A stretch of DNA of 61,136 nucleotides, taken from the IMG/VR virus record IMGVR_UViG_3300019124_000008, positions 1-61,136 of that record; one strand, 5' to 3'. How positions within the stretch are numbered: position 1 is the first letter of the stretch; the number at the start of each line of letters is the position of its first letter. The DNA is from a virus. Taxonomy: Duplodnaviria > Caudoviricetes. Shown here in pieces: positions 9,407-18,601 of the stretch. The notes under the pieces were generated by a model, which saw only the letters and a program-made list of their open reading frames with translations, made no database searches and was not told the origin of the DNA. The translations under genes and the position numbers were made by a program.

Positions 9407-10107
9407 CGACTTGGATGAATCCCAGACAGCAGATCGCTTTAAGCGAAGCGAGCGGAGCCGACGTTTTCCGTCAGAGCGTGGCTCCGAAGACTTCCGCCGA
9501 ACGAGTTTTAGCCGAACTCGAAGCGGCGGGAGTCACTCTCGCTCTTCGATTCGACGGAAAGCTCGTTCGCTTCGGCGGCGAGATTCCCGATCACTTGAAG
9601 CCGAAGGTCGCCGAGCTTCGAGCCGAACTGACGGAACTGGCGGCACGAAAACGCGAAGAGCGCGATCTGAAGCTCTCGCAGAAACTTTCGGAATGGCGTG
9701 ATTTTGCGGTCGAGCGTTGGAAATGCGATTTCAGCCGGGTCAACGGACTCGGCGATCTGCTCCGGCGCAAGCTCGAAGACGCCAAAGAGCGTTACCTGAC
9801 CGGGAGAGCCGATCTGAAGGAAGTTTACGAGTGGTTCAATCGGTACGCCAAGGCGCACAAGACGAACTACTTCAACCGCCAGCTTGACGGCGATGCGTTC
9901 CGGGTGAGCCGCCGACCGACGAGCCAGCGGAAAATTCAAGAGGCTTTCGAGGCGATCAGTTGGGATGAGGATTTTCGCGGGATGCGGCGAGTGCGAACGA
10001 CTTCGGTCACGCCGCAGGTGGAAGCTCAACTCGATCAGATCGAACGGATGAAGGTTTATTTCGGAATGAGTGCCGACGATTATATTTTGCAGCGAATTGA
10101 CGAGTAA
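9403..10107 (+). CDS. Hypothetical protein
   Basis: ATGA overlap with primase-helicase. Confidence 0.65.
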   Translation: MTTWMNPRQQIALSEASGADVFRQSVAPKTSAERVLAELEAAGVTLALRFDGKLVRFGGEIPDHLKPKVAELRAELTELAARKREERDLKLSQKLSEWRDFAVERWKCDFSRVNGLGDLLRRKLEDAKERYLTGRADLKEVYEWFNRYAKAHKTNYFNRQLDGDAFRVSRRPTSQRKIQEAFEAISWDEDFRGMRRVRTTSVTPQVEAQLDQIERMKVYFGMSADDYILQRIDE

Positions 10108-10112
10108 AAATT

Positions 10113-10691
10113 ATGAGAACGGAAACAATCTTGGGAATGCGACCCGACAATCCGGTTCTTCTGATGATCGACAGATTCGTCACCAGCCGCTCGACCGAAT
10201 ACAAAACGGTTGAACGGCTGGCGTCAAGCGGAGCCAACGCCGAGAGCGTAGCAAAGGCACTCGGAGTCAGCCGCTCGACTTTTCAGAAGAGGATGAAGCG
10301 GGATAGAGAACTGCGGCGGTCTTGGGAACGAGGCGTCGTCGCGTATGCCGAATCGGTCGGAAAAACGACCAAACGAGAAAAGAACGGAAAGCTGATCGTT
10401 TACACGCCGAAGATCAGCGGTGCAGATACGAATGAAAAACTTCAACAGGGGATGGAGAGCGTTTTACGGTATCTTCACGCTTTCGGCGAGAGGTCTTTTA
10501 GCGAAATCAAAAAGGCGGTCAAACTTTCCGCAGATGATTTGTCTGACGTTTTTCGGGAACTGATTCTCGAAACCGGAACGGTCAAGGCACGAAGAGTCGT
10601 CGGGAGCGATGAATTTAGATACTTCGTAAACCCGAAGACGAATTATGTTCAAAGACCTAACAAACGTAAGACAAGCGGATTACCTCAATGA
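10113..10691 (+). CDS. HTH DNA-binding protein
   Basis: AESVAKALGVSRSTFQK HTH plus C-terminal winged-helix-like segment. Confidence 0.7.
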   Translation: MRTETILGMRPDNPVLLMIDRFVTSRSTEYKTVERLASSGANAESVAKALGVSRSTFQKRMKRDRELRRSWERGVVAYAESVGKTTKREKNGKLIVYTPKISGADTNEKLQQGMESVLRYLHAFGERSFSEIKKAVKLSADDLSDVFRELILETGTVKARRVVGSDEFRYFVNPKTNYVQRPNKRKTSGLPQ

Positions 10692-11199
10692 AAAGTATCC
10701 AGAGCGGAAGAAGAAGTCGAAAGCTCGACTGACGGCGCGGTTTATCGTCAACGACCCGAAGCTCAAGAAAAAAGGTCGCGGCTATTACTGGCATTGCGAC
10801 TGCGACTGCGGCGGCTCGCGCTTGGTGAGCGCGAAGGATTTTTCGATGGGAAAGATCACCAAGTGCAAAATGTGCGTTTCGCCGAAGCGGGTCGAAGAGC
10901 AGAAGAAACTGCTCCAACGGCTTCGGGAGATTCGCCGCGATCTTGGCGACGATTGGTATTCGGACGAGTTCAAGCGCGAATGGCGCAACCATCTCGCCGC
11001 CTTTTCCTTCGAGCAGCGGCTTCTCTTCGAGACGATTATGGATGGCAGATCGCACTGGCATTTGCAGATGCAAGCGGTCGATATTGTGATGCGGGAGACC
11101 GACATCGAACTGGAATTGATGAATTACAGCCGTGCGAGGGTGGCTCGCGCAAGGGAGAGATTGGAAAATGAAAAACTGTACCGAAACGAAAAGAACTGA
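10645..11199 (+). CDS. Hypothetical protein with WxCxCDCG zinc motif
   Basis: YWHCDCDCG..KCKMC. Confidence 0.6.
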   Translation: MFKDLTNVRQADYLNEKYPERKKKSKARLTARFIVNDPKLKKKGRGYYWHCDCDCGGSRLVSAKDFSMGKITKCKMCVSPKRVEEQKKLLQRLREIRRDLGDDWYSDEFKREWRNHLAAFSFEQRLLFETIMDGRSHWHLQMQAVDIVMRETDIELELMNYSRARVARARERLENEKLYRNEKN

Positions 11200-11431
11200 C
11201 GGAAACTTCGAGACTCGGATTGAAGCGAGCCGGGTGATTACCGAAGAGGCGAAGGCGAAGTCAATCGCCGGTCTCGGAAAGATGTTCAGCGACCCGAACT
11301 ACGCGAAGTCGGTCAACTTCCAGCCGGATTCGCCGGTCTTCAGCGGGTTGTTCATCTTTTCCGCGACGGAAGAGGGTCGTCACTTCTGGGGTCAGATCGC
11401 CTGTGCGCTCGGCGAGACGATTTTCTGTTAG
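11168..11431 (+). CDS. Hypothetical protein
   Basis: Operon continuity. Confidence 0.55.
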   Translation: MKNCTETKRTDGNFETRIEASRVITEEAKAKSIAGLGKMFSDPNYAKSVNFQPDSPVFSGLFIFSATEEGRHFWGQIACALGETIFC

Positions 11432-11670
11432 TGAGTATGCGAGAGCGATTTTGTCTCGACGGTGAGTTGATCGGAACGGCTCTCACCGAAGCGCAGCAGT
11501 ATTTGGTCAATTATGACGTTCCGCTATCGAAGACGGTCACTTACCATTGGTCGGTTGACGAAAAGACCGTCAGAACGCCTTTAACGGTTCGGTTTCTGCG
11601 GTCGAACAGGTATTCGATAGTTCGCAACTATCTGGATTTTGTAATCCGGCATTTTTTCAGGAAAAACTAA
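11431..11670 (+). CDS. Hypothetical protein
   Basis: Operon continuity. Confidence 0.5.
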   Translation: MSMRERFCLDGELIGTALTEAQQYLVNYDVPLSKTVTYHWSVDEKTVRTPLTVRFLRSNRYSIVRNYLDFVIRHFFRKN

Positions 11671-11687
11671 AGGGAGAGGAAAATAAA

Positions 11688-11948
11688 ATGAAATTTACGA
11701 AAACTATTCGCACGTTAATTGTCGCCATTATTGGAATCGCCTTCGCGCTGTTCGCGCTGGCTTGCAACACCGGAACGAACGTCGTTCGTGAACTCGACGG
11801 CAACGGGAACGTCATCCGAACCTATCAGGTGCGCGGATTTATCGAGTACGACCGGGAAGACGGCGAAATCGAGTTTTACCACAACGGTCGTGAAATCGAG
11901 ATCGAAGACGGTCGCTATACCATTGAGTTTGTTCCCGACAACGACTAG
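11688..11948 (+). CDS. Putative lipoprotein
   Basis: Signal peptide with LAC lipobox; strong RBS. Confidence 0.7.
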   Translation: MKFTKTIRTLIVAIIGIAFALFALACNTGTNVVRELDGNGNVIRTYQVRGFIEYDREDGEIEFYHNGREIEIEDGRYTIEFVPDND

Positions 11949-11959
11949 AAAGCGCGGTT

Positions 11960-12004
11960 CGGGTCATCCGGGTCATCACTATAAGCGATGACCCAAGTGA
12001 CCCA
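11960..12004. repeat. 45-bp four-box element, copy 4
   Basis: Core TCACTATAAGCGA. Confidence 0.9.
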
Positions 12005-12024
12005 AAAAGGAAAAAGGATGAAAT

Positions 12025-12324
12025 ATGATTCAACTGTTTACAGCGGCGAGCTTCGCCTCGAAGATCAAAGTTAATTGGGATTTAGTGAAGCTCTCGGCGA
12101 CGGCGTTCGGTCAGATCGCCTTGGTGACGGCGAGCCAATGGCTCATCACGCACGGATATTTTGCGGCGGCGGTCGGGGTCGGATTTTTCATCTCGATCAT
12201 CTGGACGCTCAACATCAAGCGGGTCGCCTTCGGCTGCTGGCGCGAACGGATTGTCTATGCGGCGAGCGCGATGCTCGGAACCGTAGTCGGACTGTACGGA
12301 ACAGATTTTATTTTGGGGAGATGA
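12025..12324 (+). CDS. Small membrane protein
   Basis: About three hydrophobic helices. Confidence 0.65.
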   Translation: MIQLFTAASFASKIKVNWDLVKLSATAFGQIALVTASQWLITHGYFAAAVGVGFFISIIWTLNIKRVAFGCWRERIVYAASAMLGTVVGLYGTDFILGR

Positions 12325-12551
12325 CGATGGTGAGGAAATTTTTATTAAAAGACGTTACATCGGGTCGATACTATGAAGGCATCGACCGGACTGCTTGGAG
12401 CCACAGCTTCACGGAGAAGGTCGAGGATGCAAAGCTCTTCAACACCTACGAGAAGGTCGAACAAACAGTTCGTGACATCTTTCTCGACGGATACTCGGAC
12501 GATTGGAATAGAATGCTGGCGGTCGAAGGCGTGTTCGTGAGGGGGGAATGA
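12321..12551 (+). CDS. Hypothetical protein, tandem paralog A
   Basis: MTMVRKFLLKDV...NRMLAVEGVFVRGE. Confidence 0.7.
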   Translation: MTMVRKFLLKDVTSGRYYEGIDRTAWSHSFTEKVEDAKLFNTYEKVEQTVRDIFLDGYSDDWNRMLAVEGVFVRGE

Positions 12552-12784
12552 CGGAGATGACGATGGTGAGGAAATTTTTAGTAAAAGACGTTCGCTCCGG
12601 CGAATATTATTACGGCAAGGAAAGGGGAAACGGGTTCGAGTTTGCTCGACTGTCCGATGTGCTTACGCCGCCGCTTTATAGCAGTTATACGCACGTTGAA
12701 AGAGTGATTGAGAAGTATTTTGAAGAAAATCCAATCTCGAACCGACTGCTGGCGGTCGAAGGCGTTTTCGTGAGGGGAGAGTGA
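12548..12784 (+). CDS. Hypothetical protein, tandem paralog B
   Basis: MTMVRKFLVKDV...NRLLAVEGVFVRGE. Confidence 0.7.
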   Translation: MTEMTMVRKFLVKDVRSGEYYYGKERGNGFEFARLSDVLTPPLYSSYTHVERVIEKYFEENPISNRLLAVEGVFVRGE

Positions 12785-13200
12785 TGAATGCGATGACTGA
12801 AAAGATTAACGTCTCGACAGCGGAGCCGAAAGCGGTGATTCCAGCCGACATCGTGCGAATGAGCGACGACGAGATCAAGCGCGAGATCGAATCGCGCCTT
12901 CCGCTTCCGGCTGGATTAAACGAACGGGGGATGGTCTTCTACGCCAACCGGGTGATGAAGGAACTCGGACTCGCCGATCTGCTCTACCGTCATTACGTCG
13001 GCGTGATCTGCGGTCGAACGGTTTCGATGAGCGCGGAAGACGATATGAAGTATAAACTGAGCCTTCACGAACTGCTGGCGATCAAGTCGGCATCGCCGAG
13101 AATGAATCTGATTGCGATTCTGCTGGCAGCGCGTGAAGGCTCACGCGAGTCCAAAAATTTTTACAGATTAATTACGGGAGAACGTAACAATGAACATTAA
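12781..13200 (+). CDS. Hypothetical protein
   Basis: Overlap-coupled ORF. Confidence 0.6.
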   Translation: MMNAMTEKINVSTAEPKAVIPADIVRMSDDEIKREIESRLPLPAGLNERGMVFYANRVMKELGLADLLYRHYVGVICGRTVSMSAEDDMKYKLSLHELLAIKSASPRMNLIAILLAAREGSRESKNFYRLITGERNNEH

Positions 13201-13537
13201 CTTTGAAGAGCTTTTCAAGCAAGTTCCGGTGACGAAGAAGAGATCGGAGAAAGAGCGCAAATCCGCGCTTCATTTCGCCAGCCGGTTGATCGACCTGATC
13301 GCCGAGGCGAAGCAGAATGAAGTGAGCGATTACGAAATGGTCGAACACGCGCTGACGACGCTCCGCGCCGAGCCGAGCCTTCTTGTCGAGGAAGAGTTCA
13401 CCGCTGCGGGAAGCCGGGTAATCGAGTGGGATGACCAAGGAAAGCCGCTCGCCGCCGAGTATGAGCCGGATGAAGAAGAGGTAATCGGCGAAGCCGACGA
13501 GCCGAAAGGGGGTAAACGGAAAAATGAGCGGAAATAG
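13190..13537 (+). CDS. Hypothetical protein
   Basis: GGGAG RBS. Confidence 0.6.
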   Translation: MNINFEELFKQVPVTKKRSEKERKSALHFASRLIDLIAEAKQNEVSDYEMVEHALTTLRAEPSLLVEEEFTAAGSRVIEWDDQGKPLAAEYEPDEEEVIGEADEPKGGKRKNERK

Positions 13538-13982
13538 TCCGACCGTTTATCTTGCCGGAGCGATTACCGGCGAGCGTTACGACGGAGCGACCGATTGGCG
13601 CGAGCGCGTTGCCACCGAGCTTGATTACGTCGGGATTACCGCCTTTTCGCCGATGCGCGGCAAGGAATATCTCGACACGGAAAAGCCGATTGCGGCTGAA
13701 TACTCGGACAGGATTCTCTCGAACAGCCGAGCGATTATGACGCGGGATTTCTTCGACGTTCGCCGCGCCGATCTGCTGCTCGTCAATCTGCTCGGAACCC
13801 GCAAGGCGTCAATCGGAACGACGATGGAGATTGCGTGGGGTTATCAGTTACAGAAGCCGATTGTGCTTGTGATGGAGCCGGAGAACGTGCATAACCATCC
13901 GATGATTCGTGAAGCGGTCGGCTATTGGGTTGAGAGCTTGGACGACGCCGTGTATGTCGCCAAGAGCGTATTACTGCCGTAA
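13524..13982 (+). CDS. Nucleoside 2-deoxyribosyltransferase-like protein
   Basis: VYLAGAI, D..DVRRAD, SIGTTMEIAWGYQLQKPI. Confidence 0.85.
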   Translation: MSGNSPTVYLAGAITGERYDGATDWRERVATELDYVGITAFSPMRGKEYLDTEKPIAAEYSDRILSNSRAIMTRDFFDVRRADLLLVNLLGTRKASIGTTMEIAWGYQLQKPIVLVMEPENVHNHPMIREAVGYWVESLDDAVYVAKSVLLP

Positions 13983-14013
13983 TGTCGGCACTTTCTGAAG
14001 GGGGTAGAATTAA

Positions 14014-14469
14014 ATGAGTAGCTTATTAGATGCAATCAGACGGGAAGAACAGCAACAACAGGAAACCAAGGCGAAGGTTCTCGGATTCGATTTGGCGACC
14101 GGCAACCCGATCACCGAAGACGATCTGAAAGCCGGGTTCAAGGCTGACGCTGGCAAGGCGAGAATCGACCTCATCCCGGCAGACGTTTTGATGGAACTCG
14201 GCAAGCTGTACGCCAAGGGAGCGGAAAAGTACGCCGACAACAACTGGAAGCTCGGCATGGACTACGGTCGGGTCTATTCGGCGATGATGCGCCACGCTCT
14301 CAAGTTCTGGAGCGGCGAAGAGTTCGACCCGGACGGTCAGCATCATCTCGATTCGGTCATCTGGAACGCGATCACGCTGCGGTACTTCCAGCTTCACCGG
14401 GAAAAATACGCGCAGTTTGACGACCGCAACCGCGAGCCGGTGCGAGCCGAGGAAAAGGGTCAGAAGTAA
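14014..14469 (+). CDS. dATP/dGTP diphosphohydrolase domain protein (DUF5664-like)
   Basis: KADAGKARIDLIP, GAEKYADNNW, AMMRH, HHL..VIWN. Confidence 0.85.
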   Translation: MSSLLDAIRREEQQQQETKAKVLGFDLATGNPITEDDLKAGFKADAGKARIDLIPADVLMELGKLYAKGAEKYADNNWKLGMDYGRVYSAMMRHALKFWSGEEFDPDGQHHLDSVIWNAITLRYFQLHREKYAQFDDRNREPVRAEEKGQK

Positions 14470-14581
14470 TTAATAAAAGTAAGAATGAGAGATGCCGGGG
14501 GAAGGCATATATTTTTTGTCTTCCCCTTACGTTACAGCGTAACAACAACACCAAACTTCAGGAAGAGGAATTTTACAACCA

Positions 14582-15433
14582 ATGATTAAACGAGAGTTTT
14601 TTATTTCCGACATTCACCATCCTTACTCGAACAAAGCCGCTTGGAATGTCGTGTTGAAGGCGGCACAAATCCGCAAGCCGGACTTAATTCACATCGGCGG
14701 CGACGGAATGGATTTTCATTCGATCAGCCGCCATCCGAAGCAGCAGATCGAGAAGACGTTTCTGCGCTACGAAATTGACGAATCGAAGATCGAATGGCAG
14801 CGACTAAGAAGTGCCGCGCCGAACGCGAAGATCAATTATCAGGAAGGCAACCACGATGCTCGAATGCGGGTGTACCTGCGCGACCGCGCACCGGAGCTTG
14901 CCGATCTCGATGAACTGCGGCTCGAATCGCTGCTCGGCTTTGAAGAGCTTGGTTTCGAGTTCATCGAGGAATCGGCGAAGTACCGGGTCGGAAAGCTCTG
15001 GCATCATCACGGACATCTGCTGCCGGGTTCCGGCAAGTCGGTCGCCAAGGCGAAGTTTCTCTACACGCACCAAAATCTGATCTTCGGTCATCACCACGTT
15101 CACGATTATTACTCGGTGCGCCAGTACGGGTCGAACCGGCTTTTGCAGTCAATCGCCAACGCGATGCTCTACACCATCGAGCCGGAATACGCGCACCATA
15201 CGAATTGGAACCTCGGCTTTACCGAGATCAACTACGCGACAAACGGCGAGTTTAACGTGATGCAGTACCACATCAACTCGGAAGACGAGTTTGCCTCGGA
15301 CGACGCCGTTCACTACACGGTGATCGAAGGCGAAGTGATCGAGTCTCACGCCGAAGAAAACATCGACCTCAAGCTGCTGCGCTCGAAGCCGGTGTTCTTC
15401 TCGACGCCGAAGATCGAAGAAACCAACCACTAA
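14582..15433 (+). CDS. Calcineurin-like metallophosphoesterase
   Basis: SDIH, GD..D, GNHD, HGH, GHHH motifs. Confidence 0.85.
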   Translation: MIKREFFISDIHHPYSNKAAWNVVLKAAQIRKPDLIHIGGDGMDFHSISRHPKQQIEKTFLRYEIDESKIEWQRLRSAAPNAKINYQEGNHDARMRVYLRDRAPELADLDELRLESLLGFEELGFEFIEESAKYRVGKLWHHHGHLLPGSGKSVAKAKFLYTHQNLIFGHHHVHDYYSVRQYGSNRLLQSIANAMLYTIEPEYAHHTNWNLGFTEINYATNGEFNVMQYHINSEDEFASDDAVHYTVIEGEVIESHAEENIDLKLLRSKPVFFSTPKIEETNH

Positions 15434-15445
15434 GAAAAATCATTT

Positions 15446-15490
15446 TGGGTCATCCGGGTCATCGCTATAAGGGATGACCCAAGTGAGCCA
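15446..15490. repeat. 45-bp four-box element, copy 5
   Basis: Core TCGCTATAAGGGA. Confidence 0.9.
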
Positions 15491-15549
15491 AACTTTCTCA
15501 AATCCAGCCAATTTCTTAAACAAGAAAATAGTTCATTTGAGGAAAATTT

Positions 15550-15750
15550 ATGTCACTCAACATCACGCAATATCAAATTAAAAATCTGCTCGATGACCTC
15601 GCCAATCGGTACGAGGTTGACGTTGAAGAATGTCAGGTCATCATCCGAAACGACGGTTGCATCCAGCTTGAAGCCGGAACCGACATTGACGAGGTATTTC
15701 TCACCTGGTCGGATTTCACGGAATTTCTTACCAATCATTATGACTACTAA
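15550..15750 (+). CDS. Hypothetical acidic protein
   Basis: GAGG RBS. Confidence 0.6.
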   Translation: MSLNITQYQIKNLLDDLANRYEVDVEECQVIIRNDGCIQLEAGTDIDEVFLTWSDFTEFLTNHYDY

Positions 15751-16276
15751 ACCGAAGACAGTTAAAAAGAAACCGAGACAAGTCAACTCGGAGCATTTGG
15801 AGCAGTCGCTCTTTATCAATTGGAAAGCTGAGGCGATGGAGATGCAGACCGACGTTCGCAAGCGGCTCGCCTTGAAATGGACTCACGCCGTTCCGAACGG
15901 GTTCTACCGGAGCGTTCCGGCACGAATGAAAGCCAAGCGCGAAGGCGTCACCAGCGGGATTCTCGATCTCTGCGTTCCCGCGCCGGAGCTTGCCAAAGGC
16001 GCACGAAATTCGACCGCCTATCACGGCTTGTACATCGAGATGAAGAAGCCGGGGAACAAGGCGTCGGACAATCAGCGCGAGTTTATGGATTACCTCGACT
16101 TGGTTCATTACCGGAACGCCGTCTGCTACACTTGGCAATGCGCGGCTCGGCTCGTTGTCGAGCATCTCGGCTTGACCGAGTACCCGGAAATTCCCGAACC
16201 GGACATCGAGCGCGTCGCTCGGCTCAAGGAACAACTCAAGAAAACCAAGGCGAAAGCCAAAGGAAAAAGCCACTAG
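15740..16276 (+). CDS. VRR-NUC domain nuclease
   Basis: SEHLEQ, HAVPNG, GVTSGILDL, GLYIEMK, S..Q. Confidence 0.85.
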   Translation: MTTKPKTVKKKPRQVNSEHLEQSLFINWKAEAMEMQTDVRKRLALKWTHAVPNGFYRSVPARMKAKREGVTSGILDLCVPAPELAKGARNSTAYHGLYIEMKKPGNKASDNQREFMDYLDLVHYRNAVCYTWQCAARLVVEHLGLTEYPEIPEPDIERVARLKEQLKKTKAKAKGKSH

Positions 16277-16303
16277 AAGTTTCACGCTTCCGGTGGCTTT
16301 TTT
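16264..16303. terminator. Bidirectional intrinsic terminator
   Basis: AAAAAGCCAC..GTGGCTTTTTT between convergent genes. Confidence 0.75.
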
Positions 16304-16336
16304 CACTTAAAGGGGATTTTTAAGGCTCTTTTCATT

Positions 16337-16624
16337 TTATTTTTGCTCCGAGTTGCCGTCGTGTTCGACCTTCTCGAAAAGCTCAAACGGCGTGATGCCG
16401 AGAGTTTCGTCCAAGCGGTCGAACGTTTCCAAGCGAACCATCGTCACCTTTCCGTTGAAGAGGTCGCTGGCGGTCTGCTTCGACCCGCCGATCTTCTGCC
16501 ACAGAGCGAAGGCGTGGTCGATTCCCCGCTTCCGTAATGCTTCCTTCAGATTCAGCCGCCACTTGGTGTCGGTCTTGATCTGCCGCCGTTTTTCCACAAT
16601 TTCCCGCACATTTCTCGTAGTCAT
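16337..16624 (-). CDS. Cro/C1-type HTH regulator
   Basis: LKEALRKRGI..SKQTASDLFNGK..LETFDRL..LGITPFELF; divergent AT-rich promoter region. Confidence 0.8.
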   Translation of the reverse strand: MTTRNVREIVEKRRQIKTDTKWRLNLKEALRKRGIDHAFALWQKIGGSKQTASDLFNGKVTMVRLETFDRLDETLGITPFELFEKVEHDGNSEQK

Positions 16625-16721
16625 ATATCCTTTAGTTTCTGCTCCTTCCCTACTACATATTAAAAATATGCTTAAAAATTAAAACAATACTTTAAGCATT
16701 ATTGGTTAGAATATAACATAA

Positions 16722-16892
16722 GAACGGTTTAATGTAAATGTTTTTCGGTAAAAGTTACGTTAAAAATTCAACATTTTCCCCGTTCTTGCTGCATAGACGC
16801 AAATCTTTTACGTTTTTGCGTAAAAATTTTTTCAAAAAAGTTACGTTTTGACGAAAAAAGTTCTTGACAAAAGTTACGTCCTGATGTAACTT
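16722..16892 (+). promoter_or_regulatory. Cluster of TTACG palindromes and sigma70 promoter
   Basis: Copies at 16722, 16808, 16841, 16874; TTGACA 16864, 17 bp, TAACTT. Confidence 0.7.
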
Positions 16893-16945
16893 AATAATTG
16901 TCAAGACGACATATCAAAATCTAAATGAAAGGGAGAGAAGAAAGA

Positions 16946-17356
16946 ATGAAAATCAAAGACACGAAAATCAACGGAATCGACATCGCCTTCGGACTAAAGT
17001 ACGGCATCGGCGCGGCGAACCTTCGCAAAGCGGTCGAAGCGAAAAAAGCCGAACGCGACAGCGCGGAAAAAGATGTGGTCGTCATCCCGCAGGGAGCGGT
17101 TCGCCAAGGCAAAGGAACGGTCGAGCATTCGATTGTCCGGTACAAAGGCGAGCAGATCGGAATTATCCAGACGCGCACGACCGATGGCAACCCGCACGTT
17201 GATGTGTTGACGGTCTCGCCGGAATCGGGAGCAAGGCGCGGTCGCCAAATCCGGTGGCTGATCGAACTCGCCGAGCGCGGCAACTGGCTCGAAGAAAACA
17301 AGCGGCTGCAAGAGCGTCAGGCGCGGCTTAGAGCGAGAAAAAATTTTAATCAGTAA
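16946..17356 (+). CDS. Hypothetical protein
   Basis: GGGAGAG RBS. Confidence 0.65.
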   Translation: MKIKDTKINGIDIAFGLKYGIGAANLRKAVEAKKAERDSAEKDVVVIPQGAVRQGKGTVEHSIVRYKGEQIGIIQTRTTDGNPHVDVLTVSPESGARRGRQIRWLIELAERGNWLEENKRLQERQARLRARKNFNQ

Positions 17357-17392
17357 TAACGGTTTAACGTAACAAGCAAGGGAGAACGAGCG

Positions 17393-17614
17393 ATGAAGAA
17401 AAAGACGGGTACGGTTGACGGACTGCTTCGAGAGGTCGGAGCAGTCTTAATCAGACAGAAAAATCACCGGGTGTACCGACTGCCGAACGGAAGAAATTTC
17501 GTGATCGCAAAATCGGCTTCGGACAAACGAGCGGAGAGGAACAACTTGGCGACCTTGAGAAAGTTAATCGGTCAGCCGCAGACGAAGGGGGTGAGCGCGA
17601 ATGCCGCATTATGA
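17393..17614 (+). CDS. HicA-like dsRBD-fold protein
   Basis: LLREVGAVLIRQKNHRVYRLPNG..SASDKR pattern. Confidence 0.6.
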   Translation: MKKKTGTVDGLLREVGAVLIRQKNHRVYRLPNGRNFVIAKSASDKRAERNNLATLRKLIGQPQTKGVSANAAL

Positions 17615-17798
17615 TTCGGTGACGCAAGCCGAGCGGCTGGCTCGGCAGAAAGCGGGAGCGGTACGGATGAGTCGGCTCGAATACGTCGAGACGGAATTGA
17701 GGAAACTTTTGAACGTGGCGACCGGAACCGAAATCAAGGGATTGGTTGACCGGATTGTTCACGAAAGATTGGAAAAACGAGTTGGGGGAAATAACTGA
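17601..17798 (+). CDS. Hypothetical protein
   Basis: Overlap-coupled ORF. Confidence 0.5.
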   Translation: MPHYDSVTQAERLARQKAGAVRMSRLEYVETELRKLLNVATGTEIKGLVDRIVHERLEKRVGGNN

Positions 17799-18073
17799 TG
17801 AGCGATTACGGAACATTTCAGCACAGCTTCGGTGAGGAACGGCTCGGTGTCGTGCCGAGCTTTGAAGGCAGAACGGACGGTCTCGAAACGCGGGAAGTCG
17901 GAGACGCGAGACTCGAAATTACGGGTGACGGCTACGGGTTCACCTACATTTACTGCCGCGAGTGCGGGTGCTTCGACATTAACGGAAGCGACAAAAAGCC
18001 GCTGCACTCAGCCGGGTGCAACGTCGGCGAGCGGGAAAGCGCAGTCGGAACGAAGTTTTTAACACATAAGTAA
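17798..18073 (+). CDS. Hypothetical protein with CxxC..HxxxC motif
   Basis: TGATG coupling. Confidence 0.55.
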   Translation: MSDYGTFQHSFGEERLGVVPSFEGRTDGLETREVGDARLEITGDGYGFTYIYCRECGCFDINGSDKKPLHSAGCNVGERESAVGTKFLTHK

Positions 18074-18085
18074 GAGGGAGAGTGA

Positions 18086-18601
18086 ATGAAGATGAAGACC
18101 AACGAACAACTGAAGAGAGAATTTTTTGAAGCGTATTTTGCGGGTTTTGCGCGGCGGGAAATCAGACAACTGCTCGACGTTACAGACGAGACGATCTGTG
18201 AGCTTTCAGGCGAGAAGTCGCTGCCGAGCGCGAGCCGGGTTCTTGAAGTTATCGACTTCATCGGCTCGAAGAAGACGATGACGACGGCGCAGCTTCGGAA
18301 GAAGTTCCTTCCGAGGTACTCGTCGGCAAGTCTCGAAAGCATTCTGAGAATTGGTCTCAGGTCGGGTCGGTTAAAGCGAATCGCTCACGGAGTCTATTCG
18401 ACCGACAAGCGACGGAAATCGCTCCCGGTTAAGACGCGGAAGAAGCCGGTCGAACCGGCGGTCGAGCCGCAGCCGATCACGACGACCGGGGAGATTTACC
18501 TGAACTCGATCAGGGAGCAGAGGAAACAGTTTTTTAACCGGATTTTCGGTTGGGTCGGTCTGAGCCGCCAGCCGAGCAGTCAGGGAGCGAGTTTACGATG
18601 A
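18086..18601 (+). CDS. Winged-helix DNA-binding protein
   Basis: MTTAQLRK..GRLKRIAHGVY. Confidence 0.55.
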   Translation: MKMKTNEQLKREFFEAYFAGFARREIRQLLDVTDETICELSGEKSLPSASRVLEVIDFIGSKKTMTTAQLRKKFLPRYSSASLESILRIGLRSGRLKRIAHGVYSTDKRRKSLPVKTRKKPVEPAVEPQPITTTGEIYLNSIREQRKQFFNRIFGWVGLSRQPSSQGASLR

